A DNA stretch of 63,327 nt, the filler included, from Catajapyx aquilonaris (taxonomy: Eukaryota): assembly GCA_000934665.2 (NCBI GenBank). It is 4 parts of 4 records of this genome, joined end to end, with 100 filler letters (N's around TTAATTAATTAA, not from the genome) between each part and the next. Parts side by side here need not be neighbours in the genome. Positions count along the whole stretch, not along the records: positions 47,595 to 63,327 come from JYFJ02007414.1; 3 more parts are not named here. One strand, given 5' to 3'. The position numbers were made by a program, and so were the translations under genes. Under the pieces are notes generated by a model that did not search any database, was not told where the DNA came from, and was given only the letters and a program-made list of their open reading frames with translations. Below are positions 48,435 to 60,120 of the stretch, in pieces; within the stretch, counting starts at the first letter, position 1, and every line of letters starts with the position of its first letter.

Positions 48435-48489
48435 AATTACTACCTAACAAGACTACACTTCCTGGTGTTCATACTGTGCAAGGCATTAA

Positions 48490-48967
48490 CCCCTTCGCTA
48501 CCAGAGAGTCCCGAACCACACAGAGTTTGGCTTACGCGTACTCCGAAAATACGGACAAGACATTTTACACATAATGACAACTATGCTTACCCGTTCTAGG
48601 AAAACACTATGAATGAATGAATGAATGAAAATTCCCGCAAATAAGTATTAATTTATCTCGCGCAAAGTACGACGATCTAAACAAATTCATCTGTCATGGT
48701 TCTCAAGGTTGTTATTCCGCACATTTTCATGCATTTCATAATTAAATCAGTTTAACAGTCTGTCAGAAGTACTCCGATTTCGAGTTTTTATAGATTTGTT
48801 TTTGGAATTTAATATAGGGACTTCTAGACGAGTAAAATTATTCCAGACTCATTCATAGTGTTTTCTCTGATCTGGTAAGTATCGCTCTTACTATTTGTAA
48901 AATATCTTGTGTGTATCTGTGGCTTACACATAACCCAAAATCTGTGTGGTTCAGGACTATCTGGTAT
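48490..48967. mobile_element. piggyBac-like non-autonomous element with a degenerate right end
   Basis: TTAA|CCCCTTCGCTACCAGAGAGTCCCGAACCACACAGAGTTTGG is mirrored by CCAAAATCTGTGTGGTTCAGGACTATCTGGTA at about 48935-48966. Confidence 0.5.
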
Positions 48968-51022
48968 ACTTTATACTGCTCTCAAAGGGGTAGCAAAAAA
49001 AAAATCCAGAACTCCAGAATCCAGAACTTCTGTGATTGACTTCAGTTTGTCTCGCCACCACACAACTGACGTTTTCCCCTCTGTAGATGTTATGTTTGCA
49101 TCTTCCGACAGGATTCCTCACACGAGAGCACCACCACATCGTATAGGCTGTTCTAAAAATTCAGGATGAAACTTGTTGAGTCTCCAGACAGTTTAAACAA
49201 CCAAAACCTTTAATACCTCACATGTCTATTTTTTGCTGCTCGTTGAAACTAGGTATGTTCAATGTGGACACCCTGTATTGATGATTCACTGTAGTTGATG
49301 TCAGTTGTATGAACATGAGTTAATGTTACCTGTGGAGTTAGTTGTTGTTTTCCTATGGACTAACTACTGGTTTAACCTTAACTAATCTCTGTCCAACCAG
49401 CCCTAATCTTGTCAGCCCAGTATTAGCCGCTTGAAATTTTGATAACTCCTCAACATAATTATGCAATAATAATAATTTACGCTGAGTAAGTCTTAACTGG
49501 CCTCAGGAAAAAATGGAATGTAAAAAGTGTGCTATCTAGGCCCGGTCTCCCATACTCACAGAACTAGAATAATTGTGTAACAATATACATGTATGGAAAT
49601 GTAAGAATCAGGGATGCTTGAGGAGCAGTGTACATGAAGTATTTGTTTCTGCAGAACTGCATCAAGCGGCTTCAAGTCCTGATATGCGTGAAAGAAATCT
49701 TGATCGGCTGGCAGTTAACAGAACTGGAGAAGTAGAGGTAAGTTTAATTATCATTATTCTAGTATGGAAATAGATTTATAGCAGGCCGCTCTGAATTTGA
49801 CTTTTAAGTTAGTCAATGTTTCCTGGTGCACTGCAGTGCACTGTGGTGATCTTCGGTAATTTTTGCAGAACCCAAGTATGCTGCACCGTTTGTTTTTCTC
49901 TGGACATATGTTTAGTAGGAGACAAGAACTGGACATTATGATATAAGCTGGTCATAATGTTGGAGCTGAAGAATTTTCATCCCTGTATAAGGAAATGCAT
50001 ATAAGTATGTAATGGGTTCAACTTCTACAAGCTTGTGCACAGAGATACTGAAATGGATATGTGGGATCATTTTATCAAGTTTCCACTGTATTTGCTCAGC
50101 GGAAATGTCACATACCTGTTGCCCTCCGGAGAGCTTGAAAGAGGAGGTGAGGGAAAGTAGGGGGGGAAAGGGAACATGGGATGTGCTGAGGGGAAGTGCA
50201 TGTTTATCTCTTTCGCATAACTAAAATCTGTGTGGTGAGGTATACCAACTTAATACCTGAGCAATACAGTGCTGGACACATTTGCCGTCTCTGAATGTTT
50301 TTTTTTTCCTCGGGGACGGTGTGCATTACCTGGCAACCCCTACTGGCGGGCCAATTCAAACATCAGCATATGGAGAGTGCTTATAGTGTCCTTTCCATTG
50401 TTGCCACTGTTTACAAATCGATTGAGTGACGCGGACGACCCAGTGACGCACAGTGGGGAAGAATTTCTAAAAAGCGGTCCTATATAATTTTTCCAACTTG
50501 CATATAGCAACATGATATTTGTTACCGTATATTTGTTTGATATATTGTTAGACATTGGGGGCATCAGAGTCACCGTCGTTTCTTGGCATAGAAGTGCCAA
50601 TAAAATCACGCAAACAGCGACTGAATAAGAGGAAATTCTGGTGAAATGAATTTGGTCGATTTTCACCTGAGAGTGTTTATTTGGACAATATTTTGCGGGT
50701 TTCCTGAATGGCGTAGGTCCTTTTTTGTTGCACCACATTATAATGCATATTATGCATGCATATAAGAAGTTATAATGTGACCCTCGAGGAAAATTTATTG
50801 ACCCTGTAAGCCGTCATCCCTCAGTTCCCAATCGGGTCATTTTGCCTTGAATGACTTACAGTTAGAACAAAATCTCATACCTGCATCGTAATGAGAAAGG
50901 TGGAGGCTGCCGAATGGTCAGTGCTAATCCTGAGGCCCCATCTCTGATGGCTAGCCCTATATTCCGAAATTACAACCACTCGTGAGTGATCGATTTGCAA
51001 CGAATTGGATATGTACACCCAT

Positions 51023-52344
51023 CAGGGTTCGAAATTAGCCGGTCGCCAGTCGCATTTCGCGACTTTAGGTCATCCATTGGCGACTGAATAAAGATGGCTA
51101 GTCGCCACTTTGGCGACTAGCTTTCCCTCCCAATACTGTATTTCTGCCTCGTATTTTTAATTTCGTTCCTGCAGTGCTGATTCTGCTGGTGGCTCATTAT
51201 CATGAAGCGCGCCTGGTATTTATTGGGGTCCTCACTCCGGGGGTCAAGTTCAAGTTCCAAGTTGGGGTAAATAAGGTTGCAGGATAGCAGGAAGGACTTG
51301 GCTACGCGGGGTCACAGCCAGATGTAGAGGAGGGGAAAGGGGAAAGCGGGACAGGCGACAGGATGGACATAATTAGGAGGAGGGAACAGGGAAGGTGTGG
51401 TGAAGAAGGTCCAAGGTCGATGACCGGTATAAGTCATGAGTGCATTGAGGCCTTGAGGGTTGAGGGGGAGGGGGGGGGACGGGGGAGAGAGAGAGAAGTT
51501 TCGAAATAGTCTTAGATAGTCTTTCCACTCTTTCGACTGATTTCGAGTCGCAGTCGGCAAGAGAGGCGGATCGGACTCGAGAAGTGCTCTCCCGAGGAAA
51601 ATGGCAAAACGCAAGATTTCGGATTTTTTTGTGGGCAATAGGATTGCCAAAGTCAGCAAACTGGCTGACGAGGAAGAAGAGGAGTCTGCCAGCATAAAAT
51701 CAACACCGAGGAACAAAGTCAATCCATCATTGATGTGATTTGTATAGGCTATTATTGCAGTTCCGTGTCTAAAAAGAAGCAGTTGGTAAAATACTAATAT
51801 ATGCTTCTGAATTTTATTTATTTATTTATTTATTTATTTATTTTTTACCCTCCCTTATGGGAGATATTGGGGGGTGGCATACCACCATCAGTTTTCTGAT
51901 ATATTTCGCTTCATTCACCGGTGCAAGGAAACAGGGACAATGGGAAAGGATAGGGTTTTTTGGGGAGGGAACATGGGTGCAAGGTGCAATGTCATAGCTA
52001 ATGGGTCATGTGCTGTCCCCCAGGAGGTTAGGTTGCCAGACACCTCCTTGGTGCAGGTCAGATACCCTCCCGATGCAGGTGAAAGGAAAGTTCCCCATGC
52101 GGGGATCGAACCTGGGGCCTTTCACTCAGCAAGCCGTGACGTTACCATCACGGCCACCACACCTCCCCAATATGCTTCTGAATTGTGATGCATATTAACG
52201 CTCTATAGGCGATTTTATGCTGTGGAACAGTAATGATATATAATATAATAAAATAATGGCGACTAGACATACAGTTTTGGCGACCATGCTATACATATCA
52301 GGTGCCACTGGCGACCTGCCTATGTATCCCAATTTCGAACACTG
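51023..52344 (+). mobile_element. Non-autonomous hAT element, copy 2, carrying a SINE A insertion
   Basis: ACACCCAT|CAGGGTTCGAAATT ... AATTTCGAACACTG|ACACCCAT; retains a transposase-like start MAKRKISDFF at 51601. Confidence 0.9.
51814..52169 (-). mobile_element. SINE family A
   Basis: Reverse complement of 8836-9180; (TAAA)n tail; 15-bp TSD ATATGCTTCTGAATT; absent from the sister hAT copy at 36348. Confidence 0.9.
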
Positions 52345-52897
52345 ACACCCATGTTATCAGCTATGCTAAATTCAAATTTGCGATCAGAAATCATAAAATT
52401 CAATTATTTATGGAAATAAGTTCTGCATAAGGTGACAATAATGAGCAATGTGCAGTAATTCTAGAAAACAAGGTATACGCTTGTTACAAGAAAATGGGTG
52501 CCGATATTAAAATTCTGACTTCATATTCACAATCAGCTCCTCCGAATTGTTCATGTGCCCAAAACTTTGTTGCCTAGTGTAATTCTAGAATTTACATACG
52601 GTACCACATAATGCAGTAGTGGCGGCCAAACCTATGTCAAGGTGCAGCGGTCGCTGCACCTCCCGAGGGGGTGGGGTCCCTGGCGGGGCGGGTGAAAAGG
52701 AGAGAGAAGAAGAAGAAGAGAGAAGAGAGGAGAAGAGAGAAGAGAGGAGAGAGGAGAAGAGAGAAGAAGACTATTAATAGTGGAGAGTAGACTCAGTACT
52801 GTCAGTAGAGTAGATTGACGGCACCTGTGGCTGCTTGCCTATATCACCTTGTGAATTCAGGAATAGAGGCCGGCCTCTATATTATACACCTCTAGTG

Positions 52898-53440
52898 CAG
52901 AGGTTCCCAAACTGTGCTCCGCGAAGCTTCTCCAAGTGCTCCGCGAAGAGGTTGGGGGAAAAAAAAAGTTAAATTAGTTAATGACTTTAGTCTCTCACTT
53001 CAAGGAAAAGCAGTAAATGGTTTTGATGTCAGTGATAAAGTACAGGCATTTAAAAAGATAATCAAATTTTTGGCAGCATCAATGAAAAGTCAAAATCTAG
53101 ACAGCTTCCAAACAATGGTGAAATAATTTAGAGAACTAGATTCCGATATAGTACCTGAAGATATCTTTAATGAGTTTGACGTGTTCATCGGCTAAATTTA
53201 CTTGATAATTTCAACAGAATTGTTACTTTCTGGACTCTAAAAATTACAGAAAACCTGTGTGATATAAGGTCATCCATTTCTGTGGAAGACAAGCCAGCCT
53301 GTCTGACATCACCGTCAGCATTCAAATGCTTATATTAAAATATAGGCTATTCCATCTGCTGCGCTGATTTATTCTGTGATGTAAATGATTATGATGATCA
53401 TTACTGCTGTTATTCCGTGTAGTACCTATGTAGGTGTCAG
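52898..53440 (+). mobile_element. hAT (Charlie/Buster-like) transposase remnant
   Basis: Terminus CAGAGGTTCCCAAACTGTG; peptide VNDFSLSLQGKAVNGFDVSDKVQAFKKII (LNxLNLSLQG...DKVxAFKxKL pattern). The right boundary is uncertain. Confidence 0.65.
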
Positions 53441-53490
53441 GTGAAAATATCTTTGCCCAGCATAAGCCACCAACACACAAGTGAAAAATA

Positions 53491-54398
53491 CAGGGTGATC
53501 CAACTTTATGGCACCAGTAGTTATTGGAAAAATCGCGCAAGCTGCTTGTTTATAAGCAGGTCGTTGCTAAGAGATGCTTTCTGGCTCTTTCTGGAGAATC
53601 GGGAATAGCACCTGCTGATATTAGGTCCAATGCCCATGTAACAATATTAATGAGGGGAAAATAGGGTCATCCGTGGGAAACAGGCCTGTTCTGGTGTTCG
53701 CTGGAGGGTTTCACATGAGGTCACTAGCTGCCAAGCCAAAGGTCTAATCCGTCGGAACTGGACAGACCCGGGTGTGTCAATAAATAGGCCTTCTGGTCTG
53801 TTCATTGTTGGCTGCAGTTGGCGCAACTGAGGCAGGTCAACAGGCAGCGTTGTTTAGTTACCAGTCTTAGCCCCTGCTGATATTAGGTCCAATGCCCATA
53901 CATGTACCAATTAATGAGAGAATGCCCAATGCAGACTGTACTGTTAGAACCCTGGAAGCCCTTGGGCGGCCCTCGAACAGGCCCCCTGAGTAAGGCATGT
54001 CCTGGTCCTGACTCTACAAGAACTATTATTAATACTGGTAACTAAACAACGCTGCCTCAGTTGCGCCAACTGCGGCCAACAATGAACAGACCAGAAGGCC
54101 TATTTATTGACACACCCGGGTCTGTCCAGTTCCGACGGATTATAGGCCTGTGGTTTGGCAGCTAGTGACCTCATGTGAAACCCTCCAGCGAACACCAGAA
54201 CAGGCCTGTTTCCCACGGATGACCCTTTTTTCCCCTCATTAATATTGTTACATGGGCATTGGACCTAATATCAGCAGGTGCTATTCCCGATTCTCCAGAA
54301 AGAGCCAGAAAGCATCTCTTAGCAACGACCTGCTTATAAACAAGCAGCTTGCGCGATTTTTCCAATAACCACTGGTGCCACAGAGTTGGATCACCCTG
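53491..54398. mobile_element. 908-bp foldback element (Tc1/mariner-type ends) with about 370-bp near-identical arms
   Basis: TA|CAGGGTGATCCAACT ... AGTTGGATCACCCTG|TA; arms about 53491-53865 and 54034-54398. Confidence 0.9.
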
Positions 54399-54945
54399 TA
54401 TATTGATGTTTTGAGAATGTGATATTTAAAATTCGTATAATAATAATAACTTTCAAAGAGAAAAATTAAATTTAGATCAAAGTTAACCTATTTCGAATTC
54501 GAAATATAATTTTTCGTGGTTTTTCTCTTAAGACATAGGTCTCAAACACGCCACAAGGTACCACGAAAGACAAAAAATTGCATTATTTTATGGTCGTGCA
54601 TTTGGACTCAAAAGTGTTGAAGAGTTGTGCTTTATGTTCAGATTGTGTTGTTATCATCCTATTTTTCACAATTTTTCAATTTAAAAATTTTACAATATCA
54701 TTTTAAAACCGGCGTTAACGTAAAACGGCTTAAAATGGAGGGGTGTAAAACGGGTACCTACTATATATGATAATTGGACGGTGTTATGCAGTAATGAGTC
54801 AACCCACATGAGAACAGGTTTGAGAAAAAGGGCTTTGAATGCCATACCTGTGAAATTAATTCAGTGTTCTTTTCGGTCATTTGTGCCAGAAGTATGCAGA
54901 TTTCACCATCGTGATTTTAACTGAATGAAGTAGGATCCTTTATGT

Positions 54946-55483
54946 CAGCGGTTCTTAACCTGGGCCCGCACCTCCACAGGGTGCGAGGTGGCTTCCCTGG
55001 GGGTTCTAGCAAGGTACACCTCTGGACTTAATCTAACCTAGAGCTAATAATAACTGGTCTAGGGAGGCGTGGTAGTCTAGTGGTTACGCCACTGACAAGC
55101 CAAGCGGGAGGCCGGGGTTCAAATCCTGTCCCCGTCACCTCTGCTTGGCCGGGTCTTTTTCCGCTTTTCACCGGACACGCCGGGGTAGCATTGCACTCCC
55201 TTAGCTGCCCGGGGCCCGAGAAAAGGTCTGGTGATCTGAGAGAGTCGTGAGTGACTATAAACCGTGGATGCCCCCCCTTGGGAACTTTTCCCCTCCCCCA
55301 AAAACAAGCCGCAATGGCTCGATCACAGGGTAATTAAATAATAATAAAATAAATAATAAAATAAATAATAATAACTGGTCTAACTATGAACTTAATCAAT
55401 CACCCCTGGTATAGGGGGTGCGACAAGGACCAATATATTATCTGCAAAGGGGTGCGGAGCCCAGAAAAGGTTAAGAGCCTCTG
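54946..55483. mobile_element. hAT MITE with a nested tRNA-derived SINE (family D, 55062-55364, +)
   Basis: CTTTATGT|CAGCGGTTCTTAACCT ... AGGTTAAGAGCCTCTG|CTTTAGGT. The SINE has A box TAGTCTAGTGG, B box GGTTCAAATCC, an A-rich tail and TSD AATAATAACTGGTCTA. Confidence 0.8.
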
Positions 55484-56604
55484 CTTTAGGTATATGTTCC
55501 TGGGCTTGCCCCAATTTTGATATTTTTGTGGATTGACAAATTATTGCATAACACCGTCCATGCACACCATTCATGAGTTAACTTTTCGGTCATTTGTGGC
55601 AGAAGTATGCAGATTTCGCCACCTTGATTTTAACTGAATGAAGTACCGGTACTATCCTTTGGGTGTATGTTCCTGGGCATAACTTAATTTTGACATTTTT
55701 GTGGGTTGACCCATTATTGCATAACAGTGTCCAATTGTCCCTCCGCTTTCGATCACTTCTGTGTACGTTGACTGACACCAAGTTCAACATATGTACCAGA
55801 CACTACACACGGGTTTGCTGATATAAATTAATTGATTAATAACATGTTTTGACAATCTACGTATGTAAGGCAAAGTTTCTTTGTTTTGTTTGCCCATGGC
55901 AACAGCATTTTGTTGGTGATTACCATAGAAACAGGCTGTGTGAAGAACGGGCTCCTCTGCTAGTAACTTATATGTAATTAGGCCTCTAATAAACACATAC
56001 AGGCCACGAAATACTCTGGAAGAGGGAAAACGGGGTCAGTATTATAAAAGTTACAACTTCGTAACCTATATAGTTGATAAAAATATTTGGGATTCACATT
56101 GATGGTGCAGGTACAGTACACATGTCCATATTCTCAAAGGGAAAATCATATGGTGAAATGACAGCTTGTCAATGACGATGAGCAGCGCTTTCTGTATACA
56201 CAAATTAGCCACTTCATACGTGCTGCAAATTGCTCAGAATTGGTATACTTGCACCGAAATGTTGGACCCAACCGATTGTTTGGAGCAATCACTGCTCTTT
56301 TTTATTACTAAATTACGACATGGTATGACATGTGATCGAAAGGATGGTCGAGAGAGGAAAGGGCAATTTTCTCCCTTTTACGAAGAGATAATAAATTGGC
56401 GAAAAACCTTCCCCGTTATTGGCCAGAGATTTGTCAGACCTCGAATCCAAGATACGTTCATTAGGAACGCAGTAAGGGTTTTATCGCACCTGGGATTACG
56501 ACTGGAAGTGAAGTAGATCCGGAATTAAGAGAATTTTTGACTGCCAATATGTTTGACGGAGGACATAAAAAAGTCCCGTTGAGGCCTGGATAGAACTAGT
56601 CGCG

Positions 56605-58629
56605 ATGGAGCTTCATACATTGCTTGTCCTGCTCGTGTTGGTGGTGGGGAAGGGGGGAGATGGGAAGGTGACCCTTGACCTTCGAGAGGAGGAGGAGGAG
56701 GACAGTGAGTTGTTTCGGGTGACTGAGTTTGTCCATTTGGTCAGCCGGATGTACCCTTCTTGCCTTTTGGTGCCTGCCACAGACCAAGGAAGAAGGTTCA
56801 ACGGGCCTGAACTATCCGGGTTCATCAGGAGGATACACCGGGTGGGGGTGACCCCAGTGCTGCCTGTCACCACCACCATGACCCGGCAGGAGAGGGGGTC
56901 ACACCAGGTCAACTCAGGTCAGTTCGAGTACTGGTTCTCTTGGTTGCACAGACCTGGTGCGGTGGAGCACAAATGCGCGGTGTACCTGCTCTTGCTCTTC
57001 GGGTCACCATCATCCGACCACCACCATGACCTGAGGTCACTGGTGGAGCAGGTGGCCAGATTGGTCTCCATCCAGACGGGAAGAGACAAGTTCGTGGTGT
57101 GGGTCAGCGAGGGGGGAGAGAGGAGGCTGGAGGAGGTCATGCTGCACGGGGTCACGGAGAGGTTCCTCTTCCTGGCGGGGCTGGACACCTCCTCAGGGGT
57201 CCAGGCAGGTCATCCTCCTCTAGGGATGGCCAGGCTGCTCTCCAACTGCCACTTTTGCAAGGACGGTCATACCGGGGTGGTCACTCGGGGATGGTTCGAC
57301 CCCGGAAGAGGACAAGTAATCCCTGCAGGTCTGGAGATATTCCCGGATTATTCCCGGAATTTGCACAATCGATTGCTCAACGGATCATTCTTGTTGGACC
57401 TGAGCAAAAACGAGCTTCAGTATTTCTTTGAAAACAACTTGCCCATGTTCCCAGAGATAATGGCCTTTCTGCCAATCAGTCAGGCCATGAATTACGACTG
57501 GGTCTGGGAATCCCCCGAGGGGGGAGACGAGGTGCTACCGGATGTGGCTCTGCCAGACGGAAACTACACCGGAGTAACAGGAGCCATCCTCCGAAGAAAA
57601 ACAGTGTTGGGATTAACATTGCTTAAAGATCGCATATCCCTGGTGATCGACGTCAATTTTCCCCATGCGTTTGGCACAGTGACATTCATAACCAGGACCC
57701 CTCGAGTGAGCTACACCTGGAACGCGATTATCCGACCGTACACTCCGGACATGTGGGCGATGGTGATGGTCTCCGTAATCTTTGGAAGCGCAGTCCTCAC
57801 CCTCCTCTTAAAGTTGAGTCCCCTCCCACCCTTCCCATCAGGTGACCTTGGGAGGTCATCCCCCCACCTTCTCCTGTACTCTCTGAGGTACCTCTCCTCC
57901 ACCCTGATCGAAGAGAACCCAAACCTGGTCCCCTCCACCCATCCACCCCGAATATTCATCTCCTTCTGGTGGGCCTTCTCCCTGGTCATCATCTGTGGGT
58001 ACGAGGCCCTCTACTTCGGGTTCCTGGCCTCTCCCTTGATGGAGGACCTCCCGGAGACCTTCAGAGAGCACCAGGAATGGCCCAAGTGGAGTTGGGGGAC
58101 GATCGCGTTCTTCAAACCTTACATCCACAGTGCTCTTGTAGGACTGGAGTACTTTTCATCTGCTGCCAGGGACATGACGGACCACCTGGACCTCAACACG
58201 TGCGTACTCGAGGCCATCAACTCCGACCACTGCTGCATCGCTACGCACGATATCCTGATAGCAGGAAGCTACCAGTTTGCGGACAAGGCCGGCAACCTGC
58301 AGACAAAATTTGCGAAAGAGAACAACGTGGTAATTTACGGTTCTCTCCTGACCGAGAAGCACAGCCTGATCTCTCCGATCATGTCCAGGATGAGCAAGTA
58401 CATCAGAGAGTCAGGCTTACACGAGAAGTTCCGTAGGTCCTTCGAGTATTCCTGTCTGACCATGGGAATAAGAGATGCCCGGAAGAAGGACCTCCTGCTC
58501 AAGAGGCTGGTCGCCCTCAATTTCACCCAGATGAGCGGTGCCTTTTACTTCGTATTAATATTCTCTTGTGGGTTGGGTTTACTGGCATTCTTTGCCGAAA
58601 TATGTACGTCACGTTCTATGAGCCATTGA
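56605..58629 (+). CDS. Divergent ionotropic receptor (IR, iGluR-related chemoreceptor), single exon, 674 aa
   Basis: Signal peptide MELHTLLVLLVLVVG; S1 DGNYTGVTGAILRRK...DRISLVIDVNFP; AIIRPYTPDMW plus TM1; RIFISFWWAFSLVIICGY (TM2); S2 ...IRESGLHEKF; ALNFTQMSGAFYFVL...LLAFFAEI (TM3); AATAAA at about 58912 and 58982. Confidence 0.92.
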   Translation: MELHTLLVLLVLVVGKGGDGKVTLDLREEEEEDSELFRVTEFVHLVSRMYPSCLLVPATDQGRRFNGPELSGFIRRIHRVGVTPVLPVTTTMTRQERGSHQVNSGQFEYWFSWLHRPGAVEHKCAVYLLLLFGSPSSDHHHDLRSLVEQVARLVSIQTGRDKFVVWVSEGGERRLEEVMLHGVTERFLFLAGLDTSSGVQAGHPPLGMARLLSNCHFCKDGHTGVVTRGWFDPGRGQVIPAGLEIFPDYSRNLHNRLLNGSFLLDLSKNELQYFFENNLPMFPEIMAFLPISQAMNYDWVWESPEGGDEVLPDVALPDGNYTGVTGAILRRKTVLGLTLLKDRISLVIDVNFPHAFGTVTFITRTPRVSYTWNAIIRPYTPDMWAMVMVSVIFGSAVLTLLLKLSPLPPFPSGDLGRSSPHLLLYSLRYLSSTLIEENPNLVPSTHPPRIFISFWWAFSLVIICGYEALYFGFLASPLMEDLPETFREHQEWPKWSWGTIAFFKPYIHSALVGLEYFSSAARDMTDHLDLNTCVLEAINSDHCCIATHDILIAGSYQFADKAGNLQTKFAKENNVVIYGSLLTEKHSLISPIMSRMSKYIRESGLHEKFRRSFEYSCLTMGIRDARKKDLLLKRLVALNFTQMSGAFYFVLIFSCGLGLLAFFAEICTSRSMSH

Positions 58630-60120
58630 CGTAATGACGTATGTCATGACTTCGCACTGCCACAATCATGTTATGCTCAGAATTTATTGCAGTGCAATGA
58701 GTAAGTAACTTTATCCCATATATTAAAGGCTTTAATATCTAAATGCTTTATCCTTAACTCATGCACTTGCGATTCCGTCTTGCATGCGTCACATCGAATT
58801 TCTGCATGCTAGCGGTATATAGCCAAAAAAGAGAAATTAAAAAGTCACATTAATATATAGCAGTTGGGGCTATGAACTATTATGTATATTAGAAATATTA
58901 GTTACCCTGATAATAAATGTTATTTTCTGTCATCGTATGACAACAAAAATGGATATGGCTATGTGTTGGTATTTATTTTGCAATAAAGATTACCTGTATC
59001 TGTCTTGTGAAAGCTTTCTTTAGTTGATCCTACCTTTTAGACGTTTTCACATCATCGGAAAAAAAAGTCTTATACTAGAACTGCTCTGTCCGTCCGTCAG
59101 TCTGTGGACAGGTATCAAGGTCCAAACCTCAAGAGATAGCGGCAAACTGTTTTCATAATCGGATTAAGCGTGGCCTACATAGGTGTCATGACGTGTGACC
59201 CGCCACTTCCGGTTTTCTGGTTCACTCTATCCGCACTAGTCTACTTTACGGGCGGGTTAACACAGGCCTGTGATTTAATACTATTTTTTCTGCACAGTTT
59301 CATGTGTTTCCAATGTTTTGCGATATGCTGAGTTCAGAAATGCCGAGCTTTTCCCTCTGTCACGTCAGGTTTTTGCACAAAGTGAGCTGAAGATTCAGGA
59401 AAATCATACAGCAGATGTAGCAGAGTAAAAAACTTGATATACAAAAAAATTAAAAATAAGCTGTATTTTTCATTTTATTAATTTGTTAGGTTTTTCATAG
59501 CTACCACAAAGTCAAAAATCTTTATAATGCATCTTCTTCTTCCCCTCGAAGCTCCATTTGAAACTTTTTCTCGTGTGCACTGATTGTGCTTCCTATCATG
59601 TTCACATTCCACCGGCCCTGCTACAATGCTGGACACAGTCATTAGCTGTCTCTGATTTTTTTTTTTTTTTTCGTCGGCGACCGCGCGCGTTACATGCCAA
59701 CCCCCGCCCCGCCGCGCCGGTGCTTGTAGTGTCCTTTCCATTGGTGCCACGGTGTACAAAGATCGAGTGACGCGGACGACCCAACGACGCGACGGGTCTA
59801 TTCTGCCTGCTTACATATCAGTAGCAAGGGATGCGCAGGGAAAACTGGAAAATTATTATGTTAGAAGCAAGTCATTTCTGACTAATCTGGAAACCTTCCC
59901 TAGTGGTCAAGAGAGGGCAAGGGGGAAATTAAATGTAAAATGGATCCACTTTCGTGACCGTCTTCATGAACTATGGAATGCTTTCAAGAACCTTCAGGTC
60001 TGACCAGGCCATCGATAGGCCTATAGCCCAAAAGCTATGGAATGCATGAAATTATACATCTATGGGCTAATTCCATGCAAAAGTATACATCAGGGTGAGA
60101 TTTTAAATTACCGGTACATA

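Noticed and set aside
3181..55364. tRNA genes at the A/B-box sequences (3181, 8836, 14199, 24952, 29842, 52169, 55062)
   Set aside because: Each continues into a 200-300 bp repeated body with a simple-repeat tail and usually a TSD, so these are SINE heads, not tRNA genes.
56613..58526. Overlapping and antisense ORFs within the IR gene
   Set aside because: Expected by-products of GC-rich coding sequence; no recognisable motifs.
59034..59280. DINE-1/Helentron-like element (GTCCGTCCGTC motif after a T-rich start)
   Set aside because: Only the short microsatellite is visible; subterminal inverted repeats and the 3' hairpin could not be identified.
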